The notes beneath the pieces were generated by a model that saw only the letters and a program-made list of their open reading frames with translations, was not told where the DNA came from and did no database searches. 64,000 nucleotides of DNA, taken from Octopus sinensis (Eukaryota). Made by a program: the position numbers and the translations under genes. Positions 51,469 to 64,000 of this stretch are shown here, in pieces. The stretch is taken from positions 14,012,001 to 14,076,000 of the forward strand of contig NC_042998.1 in the NCBI RefSeq assembly GCF_006345805.1, read 5' to 3'. Every line of letters starts with the position of its first letter. Position 1 is the first letter of the stretch.

Positions 51469-52280
51469 TGCACACACGCAGACACGCACACATACACAAA
51501 CACAAATTAGTAAGGCTATTCGCAATTTACAAGCGAAAGGTAAGTATACTCGTCACTTAAACGGACGGAGGGTGCCAGTTAGTGGTGTCACGAGGCTAAG
51601 TTATTTTGACTGTTATTTCTAGCAATGTTGGTGCTGACTAACACCCTCCGTCATGTGTGTGTGTTTGCGTAAACGTACGTATATATTTGATTTTTCGTGT
51701 GTTGTTGCGGATCCACGTAGTTTGGTGTCTGACAGTTTTTACTTATGAGGCATTTATTAATGTGCCGTAACGACTGCAAAAATATGGAATATTTCGAATG
51801 ATAAAAGTCGGTCAACATCTATTTGCTGAAATTTAAAGATTTATTTTATTTATAATTTTTGTAGAATCATGTATTTTGATACGTATGTAGGTTGATGAAA
51901 AAAAAAAAACATCATTTGTGAAACCGACTCTCCGGGGCTTTCACTGTGTGTATGTGTGTGTGGTGTGTATGTGTGTGTATATGAGTGTCTGTGCGTCTGT
52001 GCTTGCATGCAAGACTTCATATAGAGGATCATCGTAAGTGAACACAAGAAATATCTCTGTTATGAGAAACCTACGTGTTGCTGAATCGCATGAAGTTTGG
52101 TATTGAATAAATGAAATACTTTCAACAACAATGATTTTAATACAGTAATGTATGCTGTTCTCCTCATATTTTTCAAACCTATCTGCTTCCAGATTTCTTT
52201 TCTCCCGAGCACACTCGCTCTGCTGTGGATTTGCTGCGAACCGATCTCTGTCACGCCACTCAAATACAGGTTCCCTATGA

Positions 52281-52314
<34 letters not shown>

Positions 52315-52319
<5 letters not shown>

Positions 52320-52377
52320 TAGATATGTTTCGACCAGGGATTGGTCCAGGCCATGTCTAACTTAATAGCACCACCAC
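52315..52377 (-). mobile_element. Extreme 3' stub (about 63 bp) of the same LINE family as 48017-49890
   Basis: The reverse complement ggtggtgctattaagttagacatggcctggaccaat...ctaagtt matches 49832-49880. Confidence 0.88.
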
Positions 52378-52382
52378 ATACA

Positions 52383-52418
<36 letters not shown>

Positions 52419-52463
52419 TACATATATATACATATATATATGTATATACATATATATATATAC

Positions 52464-52496
<33 letters not shown>

Positions 52497-52497
52497 A

Positions 52498-52529
<32 letters not shown>

Positions 52530-52657
52530 GCATATATATATTTATAAATATATATGTATGTATATATGTATATAAATGCATGTATGTATATATGTGTATA
52601 TATATATATGTATGTATGTATGTATTTATACATCTGTGTGTGCATATATATATATTA

Positions 52658-52710
<53 letters not shown>

Positions 52711-52796
52711 CATGCACATATATACACACACACACACACAAAGTAAGATAAATAGATGTGTGTGTACGTATGTGTGTATATGTATGCCTGTGCGTT

Positions 52797-52827
<31 letters not shown>

Positions 52828-53621
52828 TGTGTGTGTGTGCGTGTGTGTGCACGTTTGTGTAACTGTCTTCACCTACTTTGGCAAGATTTAAATGGATATC
52901 TTTCGAAAAGCGTCAAGATACACATTCTCTCGCTGGCAAAAAACACTTACAATACTCAATATGGTTAATGTCACCTCTCATGTAATATATATTATCCACT
53001 TCAATAGGTTACTCTTGTGTGAAAATGTTTCCCCGCGGGCAGACAATAATTTATATTGAGTGAATTATATAAATGTAGGTATTGCATTGAAGCATATACA
53101 CTGTTGATATATATTGATATATATTGTACAACGATATAACTTGTGTTACAGCGCTATGAAAAATGTGCTTAAGACTACATTATTTTGAGATCTGCAGGAA
53201 TATACCGATGAGAAGGATTTCGTATTTGCCCCATGGGAATCATTTATATCTTTAAGGCAAATGTGGTCACGATATGCGTGTAAAAGAGTCAAGATATGGA
53301 TACAGCACACCATGTTAATTCGCATAAATTACACACTGATGCACGCAATCTCATACACAGGCACTTACAGCGATACACACACGTACATACACATGCACAC
53401 ACACACGAGTCTTCCTATACATCTGTGCGTATGTATGTGTTGTGTGTGTGTGTATGTGTGTGTGCACGATTGTAAATGCATGTTATTTTGTGATTGCATG
53501 CTGCATATCATGTGACGCTGGAAAATGTATTATGAAGTACATTCAATGGCATTCATAGGATTAGAAAATTCTTCCTAGTACTGGAGATATTTCTGACATC
53601 ATTATATTTATGTACATAGAA

Positions 53622-53766
<145 letters not shown>

Positions 53767-53797
53767 CGCATGTCTATATATGCACATACATATCAAT

Positions 53798-54080
53798 AGG
53801 CGCAGTCGTGATTGCGTGGTAAAAACCTAACTTACCAACCACACTGTTCCGGATTCAAACCAAATGCCTGGCACCTTAGGCAAGTATCTCCTACTGCACA
53901 CTCGGACTGTCCGAATCCTTTTCAGTGGATTTGGTGGACAGTAACTGTTGTATATTTATGCGTTTGTGTGAGAGAGAGAGAGTGTGTGTGTGCGTGAGTG
54001 AGTGAATGTGTGTGTGGGCACATGCGTGTTTTTCGTTGTATCCGTGTTTGTCCCTCCATCAACGCATGAAAGCCGGCGCT
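53798..54080 (+). mobile_element. Old SINE type C
   Basis: Contains tggcaccttaggcaagtatct and gtggatttggtggac. Confidence 0.7.
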
Positions 54081-54189
54081 GTTGTATACAGACACACACA
54101 CACACACACACGCACAAATACACACACACATATATATGAACAAAATTAGACTTTTTACCTAGGCTTTGTAATATACATCTAATACATCT

Positions 54190-54946
54190 GTAGCACTTCC
54201 ATTAGATCCTCCAACAGCAAATATATCCACCTGACCACCTGCTTCTACTACTAACCTATTGCTTTCCGCTCCCATGTTATCTATTCTTATTATCACTTCA
54301 AGGATTCAAAATCTGAGATCTGATTCTCAAATCCTTCCACACACTACGCATCATTGTGTCTGATTTCGAATTCTTGGGTGAGATAATGCGACATTTATTC
54401 TTGAATCAATATTACCCGGCTTCGGTTGTGATCACTGCATTCCAACGCATCTGGGCCTACTTTTGCGCAACTTACATTCTCTGCGCATAGGTTACAGTGA
54501 ATTGCTTTCCATTCACTGTTAGGTTTCACCCGCCAAAATTTCTCAGCAACTTTCTCCTATTACTTCCTAGCACAAAAACCACTTCATTGTTTCCGATCAC
54601 GTCTCTTCACCTTCAAGATATATATATGGAAGTCTGGGTATTCTGATAATTAGATGCTCCATAACGCCCTGTCATACACATCTAGGCAAATTTTAAGTGT
54701 GCTCACCAACAATCAGGCTTGATTCACAGTATCATATCATCCGAAATATTCGCTGGAGATATTCCAACGTCTCTTCATACATCCTATCTTCTGGTAACTT
54801 ATCTGTGCACTTTACATCGGAAAAACAGGCAATCTCTTTGCTAATCGCTTTCGAACACACATTGGAATCATCTTACGAACACCAGGACAATCCATTACTA
54901 CCCATCATTCCACAACTAGCTTCTCTGTTACGACAAAATGAAAAAG
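54190..54946 (+). pseudogene. Decayed Penelope-like element (RT C-terminus to GIY-YIG)
   Basis: Reads ILKSFHTLRIIVSDFEFLGEIMRHLFLNQYYPASVVITAFQRI from about 54323, and CALYIGKTGNLFANRFRTH near 54805. Confidence 0.72.
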
Positions 54947-55811
54947 CATTTCATATTGAAATTAAGATGAGTGTCACTAAATGTTTTTAATGCATGTTTA
55001 ACTTCTACTCTACCGCTCCAATACTGTTCTCTAAACTCATTGATATCCTTTAGCTTTCTGCCACTTCAAATTTTACTTTCAGTTCACTCTTTTTCTTTTT
55101 TATTTTTTGTCAATCCCCGAAACTGTTTCTCCTATACAGGGTCAAGTTATTTTGCTGTAACCGTCAGTTGTAACCAGTCGATAAAAAATAGGGGACATAA
55201 ATTTCTTCTATCAAACCGTTAATTTTAACTATGGTCTCCGTTCGAAACATTGAATACTACAATCGCCTTGGCAACCTAACTCCTTCGCTTTCAGTAATAG
55301 GGTCTTTGCCGTGAAGACCAACTCTCCCTCCTTGAATGAATTTCCAGCGTAACTAAAGGCATATGTTCACACTCATGCTCGTATCTACATATCGATATAG
55401 GGGTTACGGATCACTGTTCTTTAATGATAACATCTTGGGGTACAAAACAAAGAAATTACATATCCCTGAGTTAAGACTGATGCAGCTGGATGCTACCTGG
55501 GTACCTAAACACTTATAACTCCTTGGCAAAAATAAAGTGAAATACAGATATAGATCACCAGACAGGTCTCTAAAAAGTTTGATTACCCTAATTCAATCAC
55601 AAGCTATGGGTCGATTCTGGACTATAGAAAAAGCCATTTGGCAAGGATGCCACGGGACCACGTGGCTGCCAATCAAACTTAGATATTCGGCCAAACTAAG
55701 CTCAACTTATTGCTATATATGGATGAATATGTATGAACGTGTGTGTATTATACTACGTTCGTATGTATCTGTACACATGTACACTCAGACATACGTGTGT
55801 ATATATGTATG

Positions 55812-55889
<78 letters not shown>

Positions 55890-56703
55890 ATATGTAATAT
55901 ATATATATACACATATATATAGCATAAATATATATATATATATATACACACATATATATAGAGTATAGATATATATGTATATGTACATATACAGATGTAC
56001 ACACACACATATATGTATACGTACATATATATACATATACATACATACGTACATATATACATACATTCATACAATCATATACCTTTATATATATTCATAT
56101 GTATAAAAATTACTTAAACTTTTCGAATGCTATTAAAATATTCCTTTCTCTCTCCTCAACTATACATACATATACCCAACCCCTTTCTTTCTCTATCGCT
56201 CTCTCCCACCCATATATACACACACAAATATATATATTCTTGTGTACATACGTGTTTGTGTGCGCGCGTGTCGAGAGTGTAAGTGGGTAGATGAATTTTA
56301 ATTTCCGATTGATATGATTGCAGTATTTACTTGGATTTCTTTTCCCCCATAACTGATTTTACTTGAAATTGTTATTGAATATTATAAAGCTAATTAATTG
56401 AATGTATATCGTATATATGAATGTAACTGACAGCTGCCTTCTAAAAGTAAATCTATATCGACTCTGATCTTTTACAGATATTTTCTTTAGTTTATAGATA
56501 CATACGATTGATATATTTTTTATCGATATCTAAAATACATAACAAACTTTTATTTATTAAGTTGCATTAACGAAAGCACTGACTTTAGAGAGAATGTCTG
56601 GATTAAATTGAGTAATGCTCTGTCATGTCTACTCGCTCCTTCCATTACATTTAAGTTATATCTCCGTCATACACACAACAGCTAAGCATGTCTTTTACAG
56701 TCA

Positions 56704-56753
<50 letters not shown>

Positions 56754-57095
56754 TGTATGTACGTGTGTATACATACATAAAAGCATACACACATATATAT
56801 ACAGTTTCACACTCATATATATATAGGTTTCTGCACGTGTACACACACACTCACGCCTCAAACATGGTTGCAGATTTGATTATCTGCGAATTTAATAAAA
56901 ATTATGTAATTTCTGAACATTTGCTGATTATTTCAGCATTGGGAGCAATTTTTGAACGATAGGTACACGTTATATGAGAGCTTTTGCAATGTTCCATTAT
57001 ATTAAATATTAAATGAATATAACTGACACAGAATGTTTCCAGCAGAATATGAAATTTACTAAAAAAACAAAGAGATTTTAAATATATATATATAC

Positions 57096-57204
<109 letters not shown>

Positions 57205-57529
57205 GATTCCAACTATGTTCACACGCACATAAAAACATAAAAATGTACATGTGTATAGGTCTGTGTGTACTCCTGCGCGTGTGTCTTTGTACGATGCGTT
57301 TATGATAATTTCGAACAAGGAGTGATTTGAAATTTGAAAATTTTCCGAATAGCATATGTGACAGATCATAACATAATACACTTAACTCCAAAAACACACA
57401 CGCACATAAACACATGCACACACACAAACACACACACACAAACACACACACACAGATATACACACAAGCACACACACGCACAAACACGCACAGACACATG
57501 CTCACACACACACACACAAACACTATGCT

Positions 57530-57935
57530 TTATCATTTAACTGCTTCAGTTTTTAGACTGTAGCCATACAGGGGCACTGCCTTGAAAATTTCTAGTTGAA
57601 TGAATCGACACTAGTACTTAATTTGTTTCATCCTAGTACGTATTCTATCGGTCCTTTTTTTTTTCGATCCCCTAGGGTAAGAGGACCTGAAATTACCGAC
57701 ACAGACCGTCAAATAATGTGGAAGATAAAAAAGGACACACATACACACACACAAACGCAGACACAAAAAACGCAAACACACATATATATATATATACAAC
57801 GAGCTTCTTTCAGTTTCCGTTTCCCAAATACACTCACGAATCTTCGGTCCTCCCGTAGCTATAGAAAAAAAAACCACATGCCGAATGTTACACGCAATCA
57901 CAATAAGCACCGTACCATATGCTTGGAAGCAAGCT
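57530..57935 (-). mobile_element. Old SINE type C
   Basis: Contains cttctttcagtttccg, tattctatcggtc and ttggaagcaagctt. Confidence 0.7.
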
Positions 57936-58159
57936 TAATATTGTCTAATCGGAGACAGGTTGGCTAGAAATCTGAAACTTTGAACTAAACGTTAGTGACT
58001 ATGCTGCTGTTAATTTCGTTTCTCAAATTTCAATCAATAAGTCAAGTGTATTTTAGTAATTAAAATTTATAAATTCATTTGTATGATTTCGTGTGTGTGT
58101 GGATGCATTTCTATGTATTTATGGCTGTGTATGCATGTATGCGTGTGTGTGTATACTCT

Positions 58160-58401
58160 TACTCTTTTTACACTTTTTACTTGTTTTAGTTATTTGACTG
58201 CGGCCATGCTGGATCACCGCCTTTAGTCGAGAAAATCCACCCCAGTACTTTATTCTTTGTAAGCCTAGTACTTATTCTATCGGTTTCTTTTGACGAACCG
58301 CTAAGTTATGGATTCGTAAACACACGAGCATCGGTTGTCAAGCGATGTTGAGGGTGAGACAAACACATACACACAAATATGTAAACACACACACACACAC
58401 T

Positions 58402-58452
<51 letters not shown>

Positions 58453-58613
58453 AAAGTCAGAATGCGATAAAATAAAATTAATTATTATCGCTGGTGTTTC
58501 TAGCACAGGCCATATATTATTCATATATAAGTACATTAAGCGGCGAAGTATGTACTAGAAACACAGAAGCTTGATAAATTCAGTGAAATGAAAATAAAAA
58601 CTTTTACTAACTC

Positions 58614-58684
<71 letters not shown>

Positions 58685-58835
58685 TATATATACGACGGTC
58701 TTCTTTCAGTTTCCGCCTACCAAATCCACTCACAAGGCTTTGGTTGGGCCGAGGATATAGTAGAAGACATTTGCCACGCAGTGGGAATGAACACGGAACC
58801 ATTTGGTTGGTAAGCAAGCTACTTACCACACAGCC
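58160..58835 (-). mobile_element. SINE type C with an expanded internal microsatellite and an insert
   Basis: The 3' half lies at 58160-58370 and the 5' half at 58692-58835. Confidence 0.85.
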
Positions 58836-59584
58836 AGTAAATGTGTGTAAATGACTGCATGTAGTAACTGCCTGTGTGTGAGAGAGTGTATTCGGATACG
58901 CTGGTTTTTGATTATGCATCACTTCCAAAAGCACACTTCCGTACATAATAAGCATGCATTAGTCCAAACCTACTATGCTAAGCACGTAGCTATTCATAGA
59001 TGCGACAAAGAACTACAATGTAGCCAAAAATTTCAGATAATATGCCGTATATTAAACTTGCGTCAAGAGATTGAAACAAAGTCAGAGCTTCATATCCTCA
59101 ATTACAACGAATGCTTTTCATCACAGTAACCAGAAAATTTCAAAGTGGGGAACGCACGACGTAAACAATGTTGATATTGTGCAAATGTAAAATTTGCATA
59201 GATTATCGTGATAAATCGACTTCACCATTTCTTTTCATTTTTTTGTTTCGTTGTCTTAATCCACTTTTCCCCGCCATTTTGAACAAATTGTAATAGTAAA
59301 AAAACACGTTACATAAACAAGCGCGGTATGTGTTAAAATATACACATACATCATACGTACATACATATGCGTGTCTGTGTGTTTGCGTATAAGATACATA
59401 TGCAAAAATGTATATGTATATATATGTGTGTGTATGCATGTACTTTTCCCTGCTAAGTTTGTAAGTATTTATTTAAATGTGTGCGAGTGTTATAATTTGA
59501 CCTTATACTTAATATATTTTACAACCATTCTCCTAACATTTGCTGTCAATATACCATTGAATAACAGAATATGCATGCTTATGT

Positions 59585-59960
<376 letters not shown>

Positions 59961-60236
59961 GTTTATGTAAGTGTACATGCATACACATATTTAATCCACT
60001 GAGATAGTGGTATGCAATCTTAAACTTTTCTTTTGTGTATGCAACTTTCTACACATAAATTTGAATCCAAAAATATACTTGTTAATTTTGTATTTTTTCC
60101 CTGAATCAGCCACTGTCCTTGTTGATACAAATCTATCTATCTGTATATCTATCTATCTTACTTTGTATATATGTGTATGTATATATATATATATGCAACT
60201 TTATACATACGTGTAAGTACACACATAAACACACAC

Positions 60237-60306
<70 letters not shown>

Positions 60307-61337
60307 GCTTATACATAATTAGATACTGGGCATATGTATTTTTTCTCCTGTATATCTGCAGGATTATAAACTCATTTTGTAGTATAACACAGCTGATAAT
60401 TCTCTTCTGGTCAGGATTATTTCTGGGTTAGAATTCAGCAAAATCTATCGATCTGAGACTTTGGAACTTAATACGCAATAATAAATATATCAGAGTTGAT
60501 TAGGTTCTAGTACTGGAACTTCGCTTTGTGAATAGTATTTGAATATTTATCGAGACTTGATATTGCTGGAAGTTGAATCCCATGTTGAAAGAAAAAGGAG
60601 AAAAAATATAATAAAAAAAATAAAAAAACATACATGAAGATTGATTCTTCCAATCTTCTCTCAAGTTGCGAAATGCACGAACTATTAAAAACCAAATAAA
60701 TCTTGATATTCTTTAGATTCTTCTATTTTTTTTTGTTTTTTTTTCTTCGTATCTTATTGATTCTTTTGATGGATTTTATAATTTTATCGTTTCATTCATA
60801 AAACTTTTTAAGCAGAAATTTATCGTATACTTTGCTTCTTCTTTTCTTTTAAAAAAAAATTTGTTCTCGTCACTGTTCCTATCAGAGAATGTGATAAAGA
60901 AGAAACCATTCGCTTCATCAACTAAATATCTTTTGATAAAACGTGAAGTTGAGGCATGAAAAAAAATACTCTTTTTTTAAACACTTAGTGTTAAAATGGC
61001 TTTGGCATGAAGAAAACTGTTATAGATTTTAGAGGAATATCATGGCTTTATCTTTTGTTTTGCAAACCACCAGTAGGAGGATAATGATAAACATGTAACG
61101 TACAAATGATTTTGAGTTCATATTAAATTTTTTTCAAAATATGCAATATAAAGGAAGCAACTAAAAATCACAATATTATATCCAGAGAGCGTCTGATTTT
61201 CAATTTTCTGGCGGAAGCAAATATAAAGTAGCATTAAGTTATATACTTAATACCATATTATGCAGTGTGTATCTTGCTAGAAAAATCCTATTGAGAGAGA
61301 ATATGTAGAAAATAAATCTTTATAAAGGACTTCTGTG

Positions 61338-61490
61338 TGGAGGCCCGTGGCTTAGTGGTTAGAGTGGTGGACGCGTGATCGTAAGCTTGCAGTTTCAGTT
61401 ACTGGACCGGGCGACGTTTGTGCTCTGGGGCAAAACGCTTCATTTGACTTACTTCAGTTCACTCAGTAGGCAAAATTAAGTAATCCTGAA
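61338..61490 (+). mobile_element. SINE type D head and CORE-like fragment
   Basis: Contains gtggaggcccgtggcttagtggttag and ggaccgggcgacg. Confidence 0.7.
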
Positions 61491-61954
61491 ATAGACCGGC
61501 GTCACGAAAACCGCAAAACCGACCCTTATAAGTTTATGTCTTGGGAAGTTACAACGGAGTTATCAGTTGTTTGCGCTCTCGAAAATGCCAAGCTCGTCTT
61601 GAAAGTTTTTTTTTTCTAACTACGTTGTAAAACGAATGCTCCGAGTAAATTGTTCAGCGTCATTTATGTTCCACCCTTTAAGAGTAACAGTTTTGACATA
61701 TTCTCAAAATATGCCTACAGAAAATTTTGAATATATTTTGAAAGCAGAGGTGAATAAATAAAACCTAATGCTGCTTTCAAATTTTGTCACTAGACATGAC
61801 ATTTTAGGGAATGGGAAGAGTCGATTACATAGCCACCAGTGTTCAACTGGTACTTGTCTTATTGAAGCCCTAGGGATGAAAGTCAAATCAACGTCAACTA
61901 AATTTTAAAACGGAACCTAATTTTATACATAGCAAGCCTTACCAATCTTTTTCT

Positions 61955-62385
61955 TTTACTCTAGGCACCAGGCCAGAAATTTTGGGGGAAGGGACCAGTC
62001 GATTACCTTCACCCCATTAGGCAACTGGTACTTAATTCATCGACCACGAAAGGAGGAAAAGCAAAGTCGACCTCGGCAGAATTTGAACTCGGAACATAAA
62101 CATCTCGCCTGGCGTGCTAGCGCTTCTTATTTCTTTATTGCCCACAAGGGTCTAAACATAGAGGAGGCAAACAAGGACAGACAAAGGGATTAAGTCGATT
62201 ACATGGTACTTAATTTATCGTAACTGGTACTTAATTTATGCGTAACTGGTACTTAATTTATCGACCCCGATATGACGAAAGGCAAAGTCGACCTCGGCAG
62301 AATTTGAACTTACAACGTAGCAGCAGACGAAATACCCGCGAAACATCTCGCCTGCCGTGCTAACGTTTCTGCCCGCTCGCTGCTT
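61955..62385 (-). mobile_element. SINE B copy fused to a headless SINE A copy
   Basis: B spans 62385-62135 and contains a 21-22 bp triplication at 62204-62263; A spans 62125-61955. Confidence 0.85.
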
Positions 62386-62558
62386 TACTCAGCGAGACTT
62401 TACGAAAAGTCTCTCGACACTGAATAGACAGCAAATAATTCTTTGTAAAGAACTAATATGGTATTAGTGCCATCGAAAGTTTTAAGATCTTGTAAAGTTT
62501 TCACTATGTAGTAAACTAAATCCTTAAAGACTTCTATATCTAAGAGATGTGGAATTTT

Positions 62559-62699
62559 GTACATTATATTATTTATATTCGACAGATATTTGTCCTCATC
62601 TTGTTTGTTGTTAACACAACGTTTCGGCTGATATAACCTCTAGCCTTCTTCAGATGCCTTGGGGAAATTTTAAACCTGGGTTCTCTTTCCTAAAGTATT
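62559..62699 (-). mobile_element. Solo copy of the hammerhead-bearing arm of the 37448-37851 element
   Basis: Aligns with both arms (gatatttgtcctcatcttgtttgttgttaacacaacgtttcggctgatata). Confidence 0.88.
62613..62658 (-). ncRNA. Minimal type I hammerhead ribozyme motif with intact core
   Basis: GGCAU CUGAAGA A GGCU-loop-AGCC GAA ACGU U/GUGUU; predicted cleavage between 62618 and 62617. Confidence 0.65.
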
Positions 62700-62788
62700 A
62701 GACTATTTTCTATAGTCAATAGTCGTTGAATGATTATAAGATTTAAGCTTATCAAATAATAATACTATTATTATTATTTAGAGAATTG

Positions 62789-63247
62789 AAGACAGCGAGT
62801 TGGCAGGATTGTTAGCGCGCTGGAGAAAATGCTTAACGGTAATTCGCCCGTTCTGAGCTCAAATTCCGCCTAGGTCGACTTTGCCTTTCATCATTCGGGG
62901 TCGATAAATTAAGTACCAGTGGAGTACTGGGGTCAATATAAACGACTAATGCTCTTCCCCAAAATTTCAGTCCTTGTGTCTATATAAGAAAGGATAATGT
63001 AGAGAATTGTAAAACTTATCAAATATTAATATTTATAGACTTGCAGAAACGTTAGCACGCCAGGCCAAATGCTTAGCGGTATTTTGTATGTCGCTACGCT
63101 ATGAGTTCAATTTCCGCCGAGGTCGTTTTGCCTTTCATCCTTTCGGGTCGATTAATTAAGTACCAGTGAAACACTAGGGTCGCTGTAATCGACTAGTCAC
63201 CTCCTCAAGAATTACAGGCCGTGTGCTTTTAGTAGAAACGATTATTA
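62789..63247 (+). mobile_element. Two independent SINE A insertions, each with its own TSD
   Basis: 62789-62999 is flanked by tagagaattg (62779-62788 and 63000-63009). 63044-63247 is flanked by tttatagacttg / tttacagacttg. Confidence 0.88.
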
Positions 63248-64000
63248 TTTACAGACTTGTAAAACACGGCACCGCTTCTCGAATCATCGCCTATATCTAT
63301 ATCTGATCTAATACTTGGTTCATTCATTGGACAACAGCTATTGTAGGGAAATGTCGTGAAGTTTTGCAATCGAACGAATCAACCCCAGTTCTTCTTTAGT
63401 ATTTTTTAAATCGGTCTCTTTTTCCAAGTTGCCGTGTCACGTGAACGTAAACAGCCTAACACAGGGTACAAAGACATGCACAAACGAAATCACGAAATGG
63501 GACCGAACGCGGAACCATATAGTTTATATATACATATGCGTGTGCGTGTCTGTTTGCATGTGTATGTATGCATGTATGCATTTATATATGTATGTATGTT
63601 TGTATACGTGTTACTATGTATCTATGTATGTGTGAGCATGTGATTTTGTGTTCCCTGGAGTGTACGATGAAACGAAATAAGTGTAGGTGTTTTGGTTTTG
63701 CGTGTGAAAGTGTATACCTGTATGGACAGGTGTTCATTACTATAAATGAATAATTTTAGGAAAAATCTATAAAATGTTTTTAAAGCAAAACAAGTAAAAT
63801 GTGGAGGAGACCAGAAGTGTCTGTTGAAATGTCTGTGAAAATATCCCGTGGCATTTGATTTCGTAGTTTTAGTGGCTGATTCCAAAACTTACAAATTATA
63901 TCGAAGACGACTTTGATTTCATTACATGCATGATGATAAATCAATTTCAAAAACATAAACTTCGAGTAAACTTATTCTAACTAATGTACTTTGTTATACC

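Overview
This is eukaryotic, very AT-rich, microsatellite-saturated DNA. The repeat landscape resembles Octopus (inferred from the SINE types and repeat content, not from a database search). I recognise no host protein-coding gene, rRNA, genuine tRNA or CRISPR array, so the window is probably intergenic or the interior of a very large intron. Most listed ORFs are artefacts of (TA)n, (CA)n, (TATG)n or trinucleotide repeats. The only long intact ORF is the reverse-transcriptase half of a 5'-truncated CR1-group LINE (48017-49813). The rest is a layered mobile-element record: at least five tRNA-derived SINE types (labelled A-E here, many copies, some with target-site duplications), two head-to-tail SINE arrays, three decayed mariner copies, two Tc1/mariner-type MITEs, a non-autonomous Helitron, three Penelope-like (PLE) coding fragments, two divergent gag-like ORF1 copies, and three foldback elements. 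The most interesting signal is a set of minimal hammerhead-ribozyme motifs in three unrelated small repeats. One of them is a foldback in which a tRNA-like Pol III head runs into a hammerhead-bearing PLE-type tail, a candidate Penelope-dependent SINE.
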